Origin: Trypanosoma brucei | Taxonomy: Eukaryota | Direction: 5' to 3' | Length of the DNA stretch: 64,000 nt | Assembly: GCA_000002445.1 (NCBI GenBank) | Contig: CP000066.1 | Coordinates: 832,001 to 896,000, forward strand | In this document: positions 21,451 to 33,110 of the stretch, one piece after another | How the letters are laid out: every line of letters begins with the position of its first letter | Position numbering within the stretch: the first letter of the stretch is position 1 | The notes under the pieces: generated by a model | The model's database searches: none | What the model was told of the DNA's origin: nothing | Seen by the model: only the letters and a program-made list of their open reading frames with translations | Position numbers and translations under genes: made by a program

Positions 21451-23192
21451 GTTCTCCTTATTTCTTTCTCCTTTTTTACTTTTTTGCTTTCTTTTTCCTG
21501 CGTACGCTTCAAATGGCCTGAAATAACGTGTATTATTCTTCGTTGGGTCGATTTTTTTTTATTTTTTTCTTCTCCTTCTTTCCCTTCCTTGGCTTCCACG
21601 ATGTTCACCGTGCTGCCTCGTTTGTTTGTTGTCCTACGTTAGCGTAAACAACGTGAACAAATAAAGAAATTGAAAGAACACATGAAAGAAGTTATAAGAA
21701 CACAAATAGTGGAAATAGGGCAATGCTTCTATTGTCCATCGACTGGAAACAGTAGCGAGAAGATACAATAAATAAATAAATAAACAAGGGACACGCAAAA
21801 AAGGGAAAAGGAATGAACAACTGGGACAATTTATACGGTCGTAAAACACTGTTGGCTCTTTCCAGATACTTCCAAAATGTTTGAGCAGCCTTGTGGAGAA
21901 CTGCAGGCACATCTCACGCTGAATTCATGTTTTTGACCGTTATTACAGGTAAATGTGCTGCTGTCTCATACCGCAGTGAGGACAAGGACCAGAGGGCGCC
22001 TTTTTTTTTTTTTGCTTTTTCTTTTCTCTCTGAGTCTTAGTCCTTTCAATCCCCTACCCCATATTACCTTAATTTTTTTTATTTTATTTTTTTACATTTC
22101 ACTTATACTTGCAGCAGGGCATGGAGAGGAGCAGTGCATCCTCAACATGGAAAGGAAAAGTAACACAGGAGAGGAACATTAGCGCAGAAAACCAAGTAAG
22201 TAAAAAAATAGGGAAAAGACTAAATTAGCAAGGCAAGGAAAAACTTGTCATTACATGGCCGCTTCATAACACCGCCTGATGCCAGTAGAGGGAGAGAGAA
22301 AAAAAAAGAAACATATTACAACATTCTGGAAGCGATCCAATCAAACAATTTCGCCCCAATACACATACATACACATACACGCGCGCGCCTTACCTCCCCT
22401 TTTTATAGAAGAGTTAAACTGAGGTGTCGTAACAAAACGAAAGAGAGAGAGAAAGAGAGAGAGTGTGTGTGTGTCAGTAAATTATCATGTGTAAATGGAC
22501 AACGGCGTAAAGAATCAGAGAAGGAAAAGGGAAAAGAACAATCGGAGAAAACGGTAACAAAGAGGTAATAAACAAAAATACGCATCAAATAAGGAAGAGT
22601 AAGAGTAAGATCGAAACAGGGTGAGAACGGTGTAGAGGTGTGTGGTGACTGAATTCTATTTACATTCCATGTAACAAGTACGCAGCTTTACAACTTAAGT
22701 AACTGGTGTTATTCCGCATCAGCACAGGTATTGTCTTCCGATGTGAATTGCTTGACAAGAAAATTCAAGCACACAAATAGCCCCCACTCAAAAAATAAGG
22801 TAATGATAGTGATAGCGGTGATGACAGCGCCCATAACGATGATGATCAGTTTCATCGTAAAGATACAAAAAATCATACCACGGCGGAAAGAAAAAAAAAT
22901 AGAGAGAACAGATGGCAAAAAAAAATGACCAGTAAGTCGCTTAGGCACGTAAATAGTTGTTGTTATCAATATTTACTATTACTTGCACCCTCAGTTTACC
23001 CCTCACCCTTCAGTTTCTTCATTCTCTTCGTTCCTTTCTTGATTAGGTCAATGGAATGAAAGAATAAAAAGATGGGCGTTAAATAACCTAAAGAAATAAA
23101 TATTACCCCCACCCAACGCGTCGAACAAAAAACAAACATCCATACCACCCATAGGCATCCCGTAGGAGACTTATCTACCTTTTTCTTTCTCA

Positions 23193-25223
23193 CTACTCAC
23201 ACCATGCAGTGCGGTTATTTTCGCACAGTTGAAGGGTGAAACGGAGATGAGGGAGAAACATCACCACTGCTTCCATCATTGGTGCCACCACATATGTTAT
23301 AAATGACTTCTGTCCTTCAGGGAAGTCTTTGTCGCTCGTTTTACGATTCATGAAGGGGGAAATGGAGAGGTTGCTCCTCTCTTCTTCATCACCCTGCTTG
23401 TAGAACTCTTGTGCAATATACGAAGACCATTCCGAGTATATGTAATAGGGACGAATGCAATTTGAGAGATCGGCTGTTTTGATGCTCATAGAAAGTGCCA
23501 CAAGAACATCCTGTTTGTTCGCACTCCAGTCACTAGCCTCTACCAAGCGCGACTGGAACCTCTTCAGTATAGTTCCGTGATTTGACATATCCGTGGCTAG
23601 AACCATTTCTACCATTGTCTCGCGTACAGTGCGGAACTGCTCGTCATTCAGTGGTGCCAGAACGTTGTAAGACGGGTGCTTCAGCAACTGAAAGACGGAA
23701 GCTATGTGATGGTTTTCAAGGATTGACCTATCGTTGTAAAGTGTGCTCAAGTACGCATTCGTTCTAGTGTGAAAATTGTTATTCAAACCGGGGTGATCAA
23801 AGTCATGGACGGCTGCAGCGAGCACGGCGCCCAGCTGCTCCTCCGGCCGCAGCTGGCACCTCTCCTTCATTCCAGCGATAAAAATAATGTAGTAGTTAAC
23901 CTGCGTGACGTCTGCCGCATGCATCGAGTTGTGATAGGGATTGGGGTGATATCCCGATTGGACACCAAGTAGAAAGCGCTGCAGTGTCGCGTCGTCAAGT
24001 TGAAAGCGGGCCACTAGATCCAATTTATAAAGAATCGTGTAAGTCGTATAAAAGAGAGAGTTGCCATTTGTCATTATCTCTAGGCGGATCACATCGTAAC
24101 CCCATTTATCAATGCCACAAAGAATTTCAAGTACATCCCTCACAGCCTGCCTGGAAGAATTGTCGAGCAACGGTTGCAGCTCAGGAAGGTCCAAGACGTC
24201 CATCGCGCTCTCAGCAGGAGCACCGGGAGGGAGTGGAAAGGCTGCGCGAATGCACGCCAAAACGACCGTGTCAACGTCAGTTTCAACCGGGTAATACTTC
24301 ACTGCCTGCGTCGTGTGTTCAAAGTACTGTGCGCCCCCCTTGTCGTACAGCACATCTAATGGATCCTTTGAGGGTGGGGCAGCACACAGCAGGCGCAAAC
24401 GCTTTCTCAAATCATTGACACAGAAGGCAAGTTCCATTGTTTTCTGCGCCGCCACGGAAGATTCTTCCCGTAGCGGCTTCAAATCAGCAAGCAACCTCTC
24501 CACCTTCTTTTTGCTCTCTTGTAGCATCGCAGAACGCACGACACGCTCACACTCCAGAGATTCCAGAGAGAGACGTGGACAAATCATCTCGCTCCGGCGT
24601 CGGCGTATTTGAGTCATTCGAGTCATGGGCTCCACAATATATTCTACAACACGTACTCTGTAGTCTTCGTCACCGGGAAGTGAGACAAGGGGAAGCTTGC
24701 AAATGTATTTGTACATTAGGTCCGACTCTTTTATATTGGTAACGGTAAAATTCACATTTTTACCACCACCCGGAGCGGGAGTCACCGTTGCCTTTTGTCT
24801 TTGAACATCCGATGCAAGGGACTTGAAGAACGATCCCCATGAAAACGTGATGCCGGCGTCATCTTTCGAGTCTGCGAGCTCCTTGTCTGTGAAGGAGTGG
24901 GCGAATATTGCCCTCGTGTCGTGCTCAAGGTATGACACTGTGAAGTCGATGTGGTCTGTTGTGCAGTACAAAAGCAAAATACCAGCGGACGGCATATGTG
25001 CCACCGGTCGATCGTCCATAACAACTGCCCCTTGACTTATAATGTACTTCTCCTTTCCAAGCATGCGGGGCGGGTCCGACTGCTCCAAAGGGACCCTCAC
25101 CACCGCCTTCAGCTCCTTCAAATCGCTACTAGTGGACAATATATAATTTTCGCCTCTAACAGTTGTCGGAGACACACTACTCCCTTTAGAGTATGGAAAG
25201 AGCGTTGCGATTCCACAGCCCAT
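23193..25223 (-). CDS. class I 3',5'-cyclic-nucleotide phosphodiesterase
   Basis: The C-terminal half has the PDEase-I catalytic signature YHNPYHNSMHAADVTQ, HD-domain metal ligands, and ...DMSNHG.... The N-terminus MGCGIA is a candidate myristoylation/palmitoylation site. This is possibly the PDED-type enzyme of T. brucei chromosome 3, but that rests on memory only. Confidence 0.85.
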   Translation of the reverse strand: MGCGIATLFPYSKGSSVSPTTVRGENYILSTSSDLKELKAVVRVPLEQSDPPRMLGKEKYIISQGAVVMDDRPVAHMPSAGILLLYCTTDHIDFTVSYLEHDTRAIFAHSFTDKELADSKDDAGITFSWGSFFKSLASDVQRQKATVTPAPGGGKNVNFTVTNIKESDLMYKYICKLPLVSLPGDEDYRVRVVEYIVEPMTRMTQIRRRRSEMICPRLSLESLECERVVRSAMLQESKKKVERLLADLKPLREESSVAAQKTMELAFCVNDLRKRLRLLCAAPPSKDPLDVLYDKGGAQYFEHTTQAVKYYPVETDVDTVVLACIRAAFPLPPGAPAESAMDVLDLPELQPLLDNSSRQAVRDVLEILCGIDKWGYDVIRLEIMTNGNSLFYTTYTILYKLDLVARFQLDDATLQRFLLGVQSGYHPNPYHNSMHAADVTQVNYYIIFIAGMKERCQLRPEEQLGAVLAAAVHDFDHPGLNNNFHTRTNAYLSTLYNDRSILENHHIASVFQLLKHPSYNVLAPLNDEQFRTVRETMVEMVLATDMSNHGTILKRFQSRLVEASDWSANKQDVLVALSMSIKTADLSNCIRPYYIYSEWSSYIAQEFYKQGDEEERSNLSISPFMNRKTSDKDFPEGQKSFITYVVAPMMEAVVMFLPHLRFTLQLCENNRTAWCE

Positions 25224-26696
25224 AAATAGAGGTCCTTGGTGCGCCCCTATTTCCCCTTCTCACTTATTGAAATTAGAAGCTCCTTTCTGCCCCCCACCCT
25301 TTTCCTCCCTGTCGGTGACGAGGGGACGCCTTTTTTTGTTGGCGGTACAAAGAAGGCTGCACACGTCCCTCCTCCTCCTTCCCTGACCTGGCCACCCTGC
25401 GCACGGTAGCAGTGCGAAGTATTACCGGAGTATGCTAAAAGAACAAACGAAATGGTAAAAGGGGTAATAAAATAATGCAGCACAGAAAGAGAAAGAGAGA
25501 GAAAAGCGCTGAGCAAACAAAACCCAGCAAGTCGATATTACTGTAGGTGGTGCTGGTTATGGTCCCATACACACACACACCATGGCTACAACGCCACAAA
25601 CCCCACTCAGAACCGCAGGCAATAAACGGCAATATACAAATACATTACTATTATTTTCGTTTATAATCTCCTCGTTTTTCAGCGGGGTGGACGTTACGTT
25701 AAGCCACGATGTCTCCGGTTGAGGCATCACACCGAGAAGCTGCAAGGATGCCGGTAAGGCAGTCCCAATCGCCCACCGCTGTCCCCTACAAAGACACGTA
25801 GATGCATACGTTGCACCTCATACAATAAAAGCACAAACCTCACAACGGTGTTCAAGCACGATCGCCTGGCAATCCCAAGCGAGAGCCTTCCAAAGACGCC
25901 GGACTTGCAGGGGCGCTAGAAACAAATCCCCAGCATTGTCTCTAAACACTCGCATAATAGACGAGTAAATACGAGTCGAATGAGGCCACGATGAGAAAAG
26001 AAAAAAGGAAAGAAAAAGAAAGCGCACAATCGCACCCACCCACCTGCCCTCCCCCCTGCTCAAGCATAACCCGCCCCACCAGAAATCATATTAGCCCACA
26101 ACATAAAAAGTGGGGAAATTAAGCTAAGGGTACTGTCAGCACCCCACCTTTCCGGAGCCTACGACCCTTCCATCACGTTGCGTCATCAAATGACGACCTA
26201 TATGCCGTTAAAATTCCAGACTAAAAGCTGGAGTCCCTCCTTTAATGCCCGTTCCTATTTCTTCGTCTTTTTCTTTTTCTTTGCCCTGTCTTACCTCCTT
26301 TACATTGGCCGCTTATAATTCTAGTAGAAAACAGTTAGTTCAACGGACTGAATAGCACAGATTAATAGCGTCGCTCAATAGTACGACTAACCCTTTACGG
26401 CGAATGCGCCAACCCTATCTTCCTATGTAACACTACAGCTGTTCAAAGTATCTTTCCTTCAACCTGACGGCCGGGGGGTGAGAAGGGTAAGCTTTTTTTT
26501 TTGTTCTTTTTGTTACCATGATAAACACCTGCACATAGCACATCTGAACATTAAACAGCAGGTGCAGTGTAAGAACGGGAAAAATCGGGACACTTCGTGA
26601 CTAACGGTAGGTTGATGAGTGATTGCAACAAAAAAACCGCGGGTGTCGAATGGAAAAAATAGAGAAGGACTCAGAATACTAATCCACAGCAATTTA

Positions 26697-28253
26697 CTAG
26701 CGGCAGGCAGAACCAGTTGGTGGTGACTCAGCGCCACAGCAGCTTCCAGCCCCCTCGGGGTTACAAACACGATTGTAGATGCGCTCGAACACGGAAAAAT
26801 CACAGAGTGAGTGGGAGCTATGACCAGAAAGCTTTAGCTGCCTCTCTCTCTCTGACCTTGCACACCCTTGCGAGGCAAGTGGCCAACCTGCCCTCCTAAC
26901 ATGACGGCGAGGGGGAAAAGGGCTTCCCTCATCCAGTGAATTAAACCCCGAAGTTTGTGATTCGGATGCCCGCCCGAGAAACAGGGATGTCTCACACCTC
27001 TGCAACGACCCGTCATGTTGTGGACGCCAACGAGACCCCCGCGACTGCATCGTACGCATCCGACCGCCCCGGGGGGCATCTTTATCGCTGAAAACTTTTG
27101 GCACATGAGAAGTACCTGAGCCAGCCAGCGGTCGCCCTGGCTTGAAAGTGCAGTCCTTTAGCTGATTTTCCTCTTGTAACACTCGCAACTCGTTTAATTT
27201 CGCCTCCCTCTGATCCTTCCATTTCTGGCACCGTGCAACAACACTCCTTGAATCGCTCACACGCGTCCGTTGTCGAAAACGCTCCCTCGAGTATGCGTCA
27301 CGCCGCCCAAATCGTCCCAAGTTTCCTTCATGATACATGGTTTGCGACCACGGCGAATACTCGGTTAGATCTCTATTCAAATATAATGAGTGCTCGTTAA
27401 AATGGGGCGCACTACGGCACCGCCGCGGACCCAAACCGATCGGGTCGGGATCGACGTGCTGACACGCCAGAGCCAAAGATCTGTCGGAGCCGTGCGATAA
27501 CGGCGCACGCAATCCCCAGACAGAGCCCTCGGTCCGTGGTGCTCTTCCGGCAAAACTATGCCCCTGTCGCTCTCTATTCAAGACCGCTGCCCCTTCACCT
27601 ACAAACACAGCACTCGCTCCTGCTTTTGTCTGTACATTTTCCCCTCTCAAAGACAGTTGAGCACACATATTGTACATCGCAACGTCTTCAAGCCGCGCAT
27701 CAGCTGTGGCGATTCCAGCTAGGTGGTGACTACCACATTTTCCCACATGTCCCTCCCCCACATTACACCTCAACCACGCTGGGGTGCACTTACCGTTACC
27801 GCCGACGCTCCCACGGTTTGACAGCAAAACTTGACCACCGCCCCGCTGGTCCATTGGCATACCCAACAATTCTCCCTGCTTTGACTGCAGTGGGAGCCTC
27901 TGAACACCGCCATCACGTGCCAACGCAGATGTAAGTCTTTCCGTGGGATTCCGGAGGTCCCGTCCAGCAGCGGCGTCGGATGTAGCTAAGCCACTGGCGT
28001 TGTGCGACCCCTCTCCCTCTGCAGCCCCCGCATGAGCATCGGCGCCTAATTTGCTGCAGCCGACCCCTCGAGGGTCCCGCTGACACCAACTATCCCACTC
28101 ATCGGCAACCCCACCGTAAGTCACTCGATCATTTAGCTCGCTCCGCATGAGACATTCCGGCAACGGGGCTTCGAGAGCGCTTAACACACGTTTTTCGAAT
28201 GACCGTAGTGCCGACGACGCCTTCTCGCAGCCTTCGTCAAAACAATCTCCCAT
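26697..28253 (-). CDS. hypothetical protein (no recognisable domain)
   Basis: A long minus-strand ORF in the same orientation as its neighbours. The ORF-track N-terminus (to 28448) is hydrophobic and low-complexity, so the start is placed at MGDCFDEG (28253). It is Arg/Ser/Gly-rich. Confidence 0.4.
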   Translation of the reverse strand: MGDCFDEGCEKASSALRSFEKRVLSALEAPLPECLMRSELNDRVTYGGVADEWDSWCQRDPRGVGCSKLGADAHAGAAEGEGSHNASGLATSDAAAGRDLRNPTERLTSALARDGGVQRLPLQSKQGELLGMPMDQRGGGQVLLSNRGSVGGNGKCTPAWLRCNVGEGHVGKCGSHHLAGIATADARLEDVAMYNMCAQLSLRGENVQTKAGASAVFVGEGAAVLNRERQGHSFAGRAPRTEGSVWGLRAPLSHGSDRSLALACQHVDPDPIGLGPRRCRSAPHFNEHSLYLNRDLTEYSPWSQTMYHEGNLGRFGRRDAYSRERFRQRTRVSDSRSVVARCQKWKDQREAKLNELRVLQEENQLKDCTFKPGRPLAGSGTSHVPKVFSDKDAPRGGRMRTMQSRGSRWRPQHDGSLQRCETSLFLGRASESQTSGFNSLDEGSPFPPRRHVRRAGWPLASQGCARSERERQLKLSGHSSHSLCDFSVFERIYNRVCNPEGAGSCCGAESPPTGSACR

Positions 28254-28666
28254 TTGAATGTTTCTTCGGCCCGGCACATACAAAGAAAAAAAATGATGGC
28301 AATAATAATGAAAAGGCGCCATGCAAGTACGCGGAAGCCCACGCGGAAAAAAGGGATAACGGAGAGTATCGAAAATGCGAAGGAGAACGTACCATGGGAA
28401 ATATAGCTTATAAATCGCGACCGAAACAAGAACTAAAGAACTGAACATATATTTACAACGGAAACCGTGCTAGAAACGCAGTGTGGGTTTCGCTTCTTTA
28501 CTTCAGAGATTTCTACCCTCCCCCCACCCTAACCCGTTGCGTATCCATCCGTTGTCCAAGGGGACCTCATGACGAAGCAAACTCCTAAGTATATCATTAT
28601 ATGGTAATCCATATATTATCCTCGATGATTGTGTGTCGCGCAATAGCGCACGTCAAGTTCTCCATA

Positions 28667-30106
28667 TTATCCCTTGGTGAACCTCTTAGGTGGCACTGGC
28701 GCTGAAGCCGACTTCTCATTTAACAATGCGACATAGTCAGCATACGTACATTCGCTGACACCACAACCAAGCACGTTCGCCATCATCTCCTGACAGCGAT
28801 TGGCGTACAGAATCGGGTCCTCTCGCTCCGACTCAGTTGGAACGTAGATGGGCAGGGGCCGCACTTCAACACGGTTGACAAACTGAGAGCACAACCGAAG
28901 GATTAAAACACCAAAACTGTTACCCCCACAACAGCGACCGTTCCAGCAGGGATTGAAATGCTTGTACGGAAATCCCACGCAAATCATCTGAATGGGCTCA
29001 CCTGGCTCCATCGCGCCCTTTCGGAACATGAACAACGTCCTCTGATTTGTCGTTGTGCCCTCAGGAAATACAAGCAACTGAGGCACTAGGGGGTCCCTAT
29101 CCTTCGCGCGCTTTGCGATGGCCTCGGCGGCACGACGGCGGGACTCAGCGGCACTCCTGTCCACCAGAATGGAGTCTGACAATCTCACAATCGATTCGAA
29201 AAGAGGCAGTTTGGTCTCCTTGCGGGTAATGAACGATGGGAACTGCGCGAGAGCGAACAAGAGAACAACTTCGAATACACATGAGTGGTTAGAAATCAAT
29301 ATTTTGCACTCACTTCTGTCGGCAATACGCCCGAACACCCTGAAGTTGTAGAAGCCTATTCCCACAGAAGCAACGCAGAAGGTGATGTAGGCGAGGAGGG
29401 TGAAAAATGAAAACCACAAGGGGTTGTCATTGCGATTCCTCCCCCTCCGTCCTGCCATGCTCATTACAACCAGCGTCATGAAGGAGAAGAGAACGAATAT
29501 GAAAAGTCGCACTGCGAGTAAGCCTGTCACCGCGAAAAATGTTGTCTTCATCACCTCATAAAGACACCAAGGCGTGTCGTAGCTCAGCGCAACGTCCCGA
29601 CCAACACGTGGTGGCTTTTCTGTGAGGTACGAGTCTCCAAGACGCAACATCCGCGGACGAACATAAAGGAGGTCACGAACGTTCTCCGTAAAGTAAAGAA
29701 ATGTTAAGAGCAGTAGTAAAAACAGGAAATACCTCCACAGCATGTCTGGCCAGGTAAGGCACGAAAATGCGATCATCAGCTCCTGAATCCCAGGAATCAG
29801 GCCAAAAAGGCCTGGGAGAGCTCCCCCAACGCCGTGGCCTGCGCCCCAATTGCGAACGCTTCTGTCGGTGTCCATCCTAGAGTTTCTCGTAGACCTTCGA
29901 GGAACACCAACAGACACCTCCCCCATGGATCCTGCGTGTTGAAACGACTCACCCGGTGGGTGATCGTTGGCTCGGACTTCCAATGGCACCCGTGCGAATA
30001 TGCAGCCGAAGAGAAGCTTCATAAAAACAATAGCAGCTAACAGATGAAAAAGTTTACCGGCGTCCATTCTGCTCAGGTGAAAAATTGCTGGAAGTGCCAA
30101 CAGCAA
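28667..30106 (-). CDS. lysophospholipid/glycerol-phosphate acyltransferase-family membrane protein
   Basis: An HxxxxD/E-type block NHSCVFEVVLL and the FPEGT-like block VFPEGTTTN typical of LPLAT/PlsC acyltransferases. Several N-terminal TM helices are predicted. An alternative start at MDAGKLF (30067) is possible. Confidence 0.65.
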   Translation of the reverse strand: MLLALPAIFHLSRMDAGKLFHLLAAIVFMKLLFGCIFARVPLEVRANDHPPGESFQHAGSMGEVSVGVPRRSTRNSRMDTDRSVRNWGAGHGVGGALPGLFGLIPGIQELMIAFSCLTWPDMLWRYFLFLLLLLTFLYFTENVRDLLYVRPRMLRLGDSYLTEKPPRVGRDVALSYDTPWCLYEVMKTTFFAVTGLLAVRLFIFVLFSFMTLVVMSMAGRRGRNRNDNPLWFSFFTLLAYITFCVASVGIGFYNFRVFGRIADRSECKILISNHSCVFEVVLLFALAQFPSFITRKETKLPLFESIVRLSDSILVDRSAAESRRRAAEAIAKRAKDRDPLVPQLLVFPEGTTTNQRTLFMFRKGAMEPGEPIQMICVGFPYKHFNPCWNGRCCGGNSFGVLILRLCSQFVNRVEVRPLPIYVPTESEREDPILYANRCQEMMANVLGCGVSECTYADYVALLNEKSASAPVPPKRFTKG

Positions 30107-30436
30107 GCGATCCTACAAAAAAAGAAAAACAAAAAAAAAGAGTAAAGAAGCAGGTACGACCCACTGAGGAAAACACCAGCATCTCCAGCGACACATGTAC
30201 ACTGATGGAAAAAGATTTAAAAAAAAAAAGAAACAACCAGTGAACTCACAAATGCATAGCTTTTAGATACCCCTTCGCTTAGCGAAGCACGCATCTGCAT
30301 TAAAGCAAGCATTTTCATTTTTTTTCTCTGTACCCACTCCTGAGTTACGATGCTTTGCTACGCCGTCACAGTAGAGTCACGCGTGAGAGTTGTATTGATG
30401 TGTGGCACCATGTTTGATGTGAAGCTACCTCTCGAC

Positions 30437-31609
30437 TCAGCTTCGCTTTGAGTCATCCTCGATATCCACGAGGTGGTACGAGTCTGTGGCGCTGTCGTAG
30501 CCCACGTGACACTCCAACACGGCATCCTCCGCATCCGTTGTTGGCCAATGCCATAGAGCAAAACATACGGCACAATTTTTACTTTCAACCTGGTGAAATG
30601 TAAAGGCGTCATATGTGTAGGGGTACGAACGCGGGTACACTGGTCCATAGCCAATGAGAAGCTCCTCCCCCTTCCGAATACCCCGACAAGTCATAACGCT
30701 GAGTCTCCCATCCTTATTCTTCGTCTCTTGAATCCACCCACAGTTGCTCCTTTCATCTTCACCTGGCTCATTTATGAATGGTGTGAACGTGCTCTGAAAC
30801 TCTTCAAAAACAACATTAAAGTAATCCGCGCAGTTAAGGTCCATCAGAGCGTACTTGGCCGTTGGCCTCCCCAACTTGGCATGCTCGCCGCTTAGTGCAT
30901 CGCAGTATCCCGGGTAGACGCCAACAATAGTTAACGCAGGAATGTTCTTCAAGGCAACAACACCCACCCCTCCCTTACTTTCCTGACGCACCTTCGCGAA
31001 AAGGTGAAGCGAATTCCGGGGTTGGAAAAATCTGGTTACGGCTCGACAAACCATGCCCAGCAGCCTATCATCCTCTTCCTTCGAATGTGGCCTACAAGCC
31101 TTCTTCTCGAGGGACTCAAGTTCCCGCACAACCTCTTCCGGGTATTCGTCACGGACAACCAGTGCACGACGAACCACCCTTCGAGCGTCGGGCGCCTCTC
31201 TAACGGGGGGCGTAAAAGCGGCAGGGACTTCTACACCATCACAACTGCCACACACGCGCATATGCGAGACAAACTTTTTGTTCGCGTCCTTCCACTCAAT
31301 CTGGTCGCTCGCCGCCTTGGTCGAGCACAATTTGTGAACAGCCTGCCCACAGTAGCAACAAACCTTCAAGTCTTCATTCCCCTCAGGCTTGCGGCAGACT
31401 CCGCATAGTTTATAAACAGTGCTGATTTGAAACTGAAGGAACGCCTCCCAAACGCTGGTATCATCAAGCCCATCATATGGCTCGCTGAGGCCAAGTGTAT
31501 TGCTCCAAACACTAATGTTGTAGATGTTGTGCCATAGGAACAGCTTCCCAGACTCACTATCTGTGTTGAGCGACCAGTCCACGCAACGAGTAGGTACCAC
31601 CTCAGACAT
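30437..31609 (-). CDS. SET-domain-like protein with Cys-rich (PHD/zinc-ribbon-like) motifs
   Basis: C-terminal NCGW...GEELLIGYG resembles the SET NH(S)C ... ELxxxYG motifs. Upstream are CGVCRKPEGNEDLKVCCYCGQAVHKLC and RVCGSCDG. The ORF-track N-terminus (to 31843) is rejected, and the start is placed at MSEVVPT (31609). Confidence 0.5.
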   Translation of the reverse strand: MSEVVPTRCVDWSLNTDSESGKLFLWHNIYNISVWSNTLGLSEPYDGLDDTSVWEAFLQFQISTVYKLCGVCRKPEGNEDLKVCCYCGQAVHKLCSTKAASDQIEWKDANKKFVSHMRVCGSCDGVEVPAAFTPPVREAPDARRVVRRALVVRDEYPEEVVRELESLEKKACRPHSKEEDDRLLGMVCRAVTRFFQPRNSLHLFAKVRQESKGGVGVVALKNIPALTIVGVYPGYCDALSGEHAKLGRPTAKYALMDLNCADYFNVVFEEFQSTFTPFINEPGEDERSNCGWIQETKNKDGRLSVMTCRGIRKGEELLIGYGPVYPRSYPYTYDAFTFHQVESKNCAVCFALWHWPTTDAEDAVLECHVGYDSATDSYHLVDIEDDSKRS

Positions 31610-33110
31610 ACCAACTTGGAGTACAAAGAAGACGGAGCATGTGTTAAAGTGTGTAAGAAGCAATAGAAAAGAGCGGCGACGGCAACAGCAGAAGTGCCCC
31701 GCGAAAGAAACAGTTATTGGAATTCGATGCAGTAGGGAGCAATCAATCCTGAAACGGCAGAAATGGACAAAAGTTACACTAAACATAATCGCAACGGTTC
31801 TCACGCCCCACACACACAAAAAATTTACTACACATCGTTCCAACCACGTTGCTACTAAGAGGTCGTGATTCGATTATTTCCAGCCATCTTATATACACAT
31901 GTAAGTAAATTTTACCGTTTATGTCCGCCATTTCTCGTTCGACACCACAACCTCGATAACGCGGCCTTTCTAGCACATATATTGGAAGGAAACCCTGCAA
32001 AATAAAGGGGAAAGAACACGGGGGGATCGACTAAACATTTCTACATATCGGGAGCACCCAGAAAAGTGGATCATGCGCCTCAACAAAAAAGACACGTAGG
32101 CACCCCTTTCTAGGAACGACCATGGAACCCTCAGGGAGGAACCATGAAATTCCATATGCAATATTCCAAACTTTCCTTTGCCAGCTTCTCCCCCTTTCTT
32201 CCATTCTGTAACCAGCCCCGATCTTTACTTACCGCATCTTTTCCTTTCTAATTTATACCTCATCACCCTTCTTCATCGTATTTCGCTCTTATATATTCAT
32301 CCCCACCTGACAATACTCCACCATACCTCATATACGACTGGGAGAGAAGAGACTGGTGGCGATCGCTGTTGTTGTTTTTTCCTGACAAACATTTTGTTTT
32401 CATTCTCCTTTCGGAAAGAGGGGTAGACTGCCGCGGAGTGTATTAACGGCGAAACAAGCAAACGGAAGCAAAACTTTTAAAACGTATTTTTAAAAAAAAA
32501 GAGAGAAGCAAAGTCCCCCTCCCTACCACACACAACAAAAAAACAGAGCGAAAATGTGAGCATTGACAAGGGAGGTCAGTGTAATGAAACGGGAACAGTG
32601 GCATCCAAGTCACACCACTGGAGGGAAGACATGCCCCCGATTCATTGGTCCAAACTCCGTATTGTCCACCGAATCACGCAATGGGAGTCACACCCCACAC
32701 ATTTTGGAGGGCAATGCAACTTCATGGTGAGTACTAGCAACGCTCTTTTCCTTGTTTCGACATGTACGGGGGGGAGGGGTTACACAAGTATACAAGCAGA
32801 AAAGTACCAATTGAGAGAGCGGCGGATAAAGAATTATAACGAGAGGAAGTACTGTGGTAATAATACGCACAACGAGTGCGCACTTTCTTAAGTCTTTTGT
32901 GTCAGGGATTGAGGTGTATAAAAAAAGAAACTATTTACAAAAAAAAACTGGGTGGAGTGACAACAACAAGGGAAGAAATGCGCAATAGCGTTGCGCGGTA
33001 TGTACATGTTTACACTACGCGTGTAAGATACAAAACGACAATGAAGAAGAGGAATTACTCACCCCCCACAAGCAACCACAACGGGAGACCAACTTAATGC
33101 CCACAGCGTC

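Noticed and set aside
26697-28448. ORF-track N-terminal extensions (also 1221..3188, 13530..15206, 30437..31843, 18898..19605, 19801..20496)
   Set aside because: The upstream Met codons add hydrophobic or low-complexity junk before conserved N-termini. Internal Met starts were chosen; these are unverified without spliced-leader mapping.
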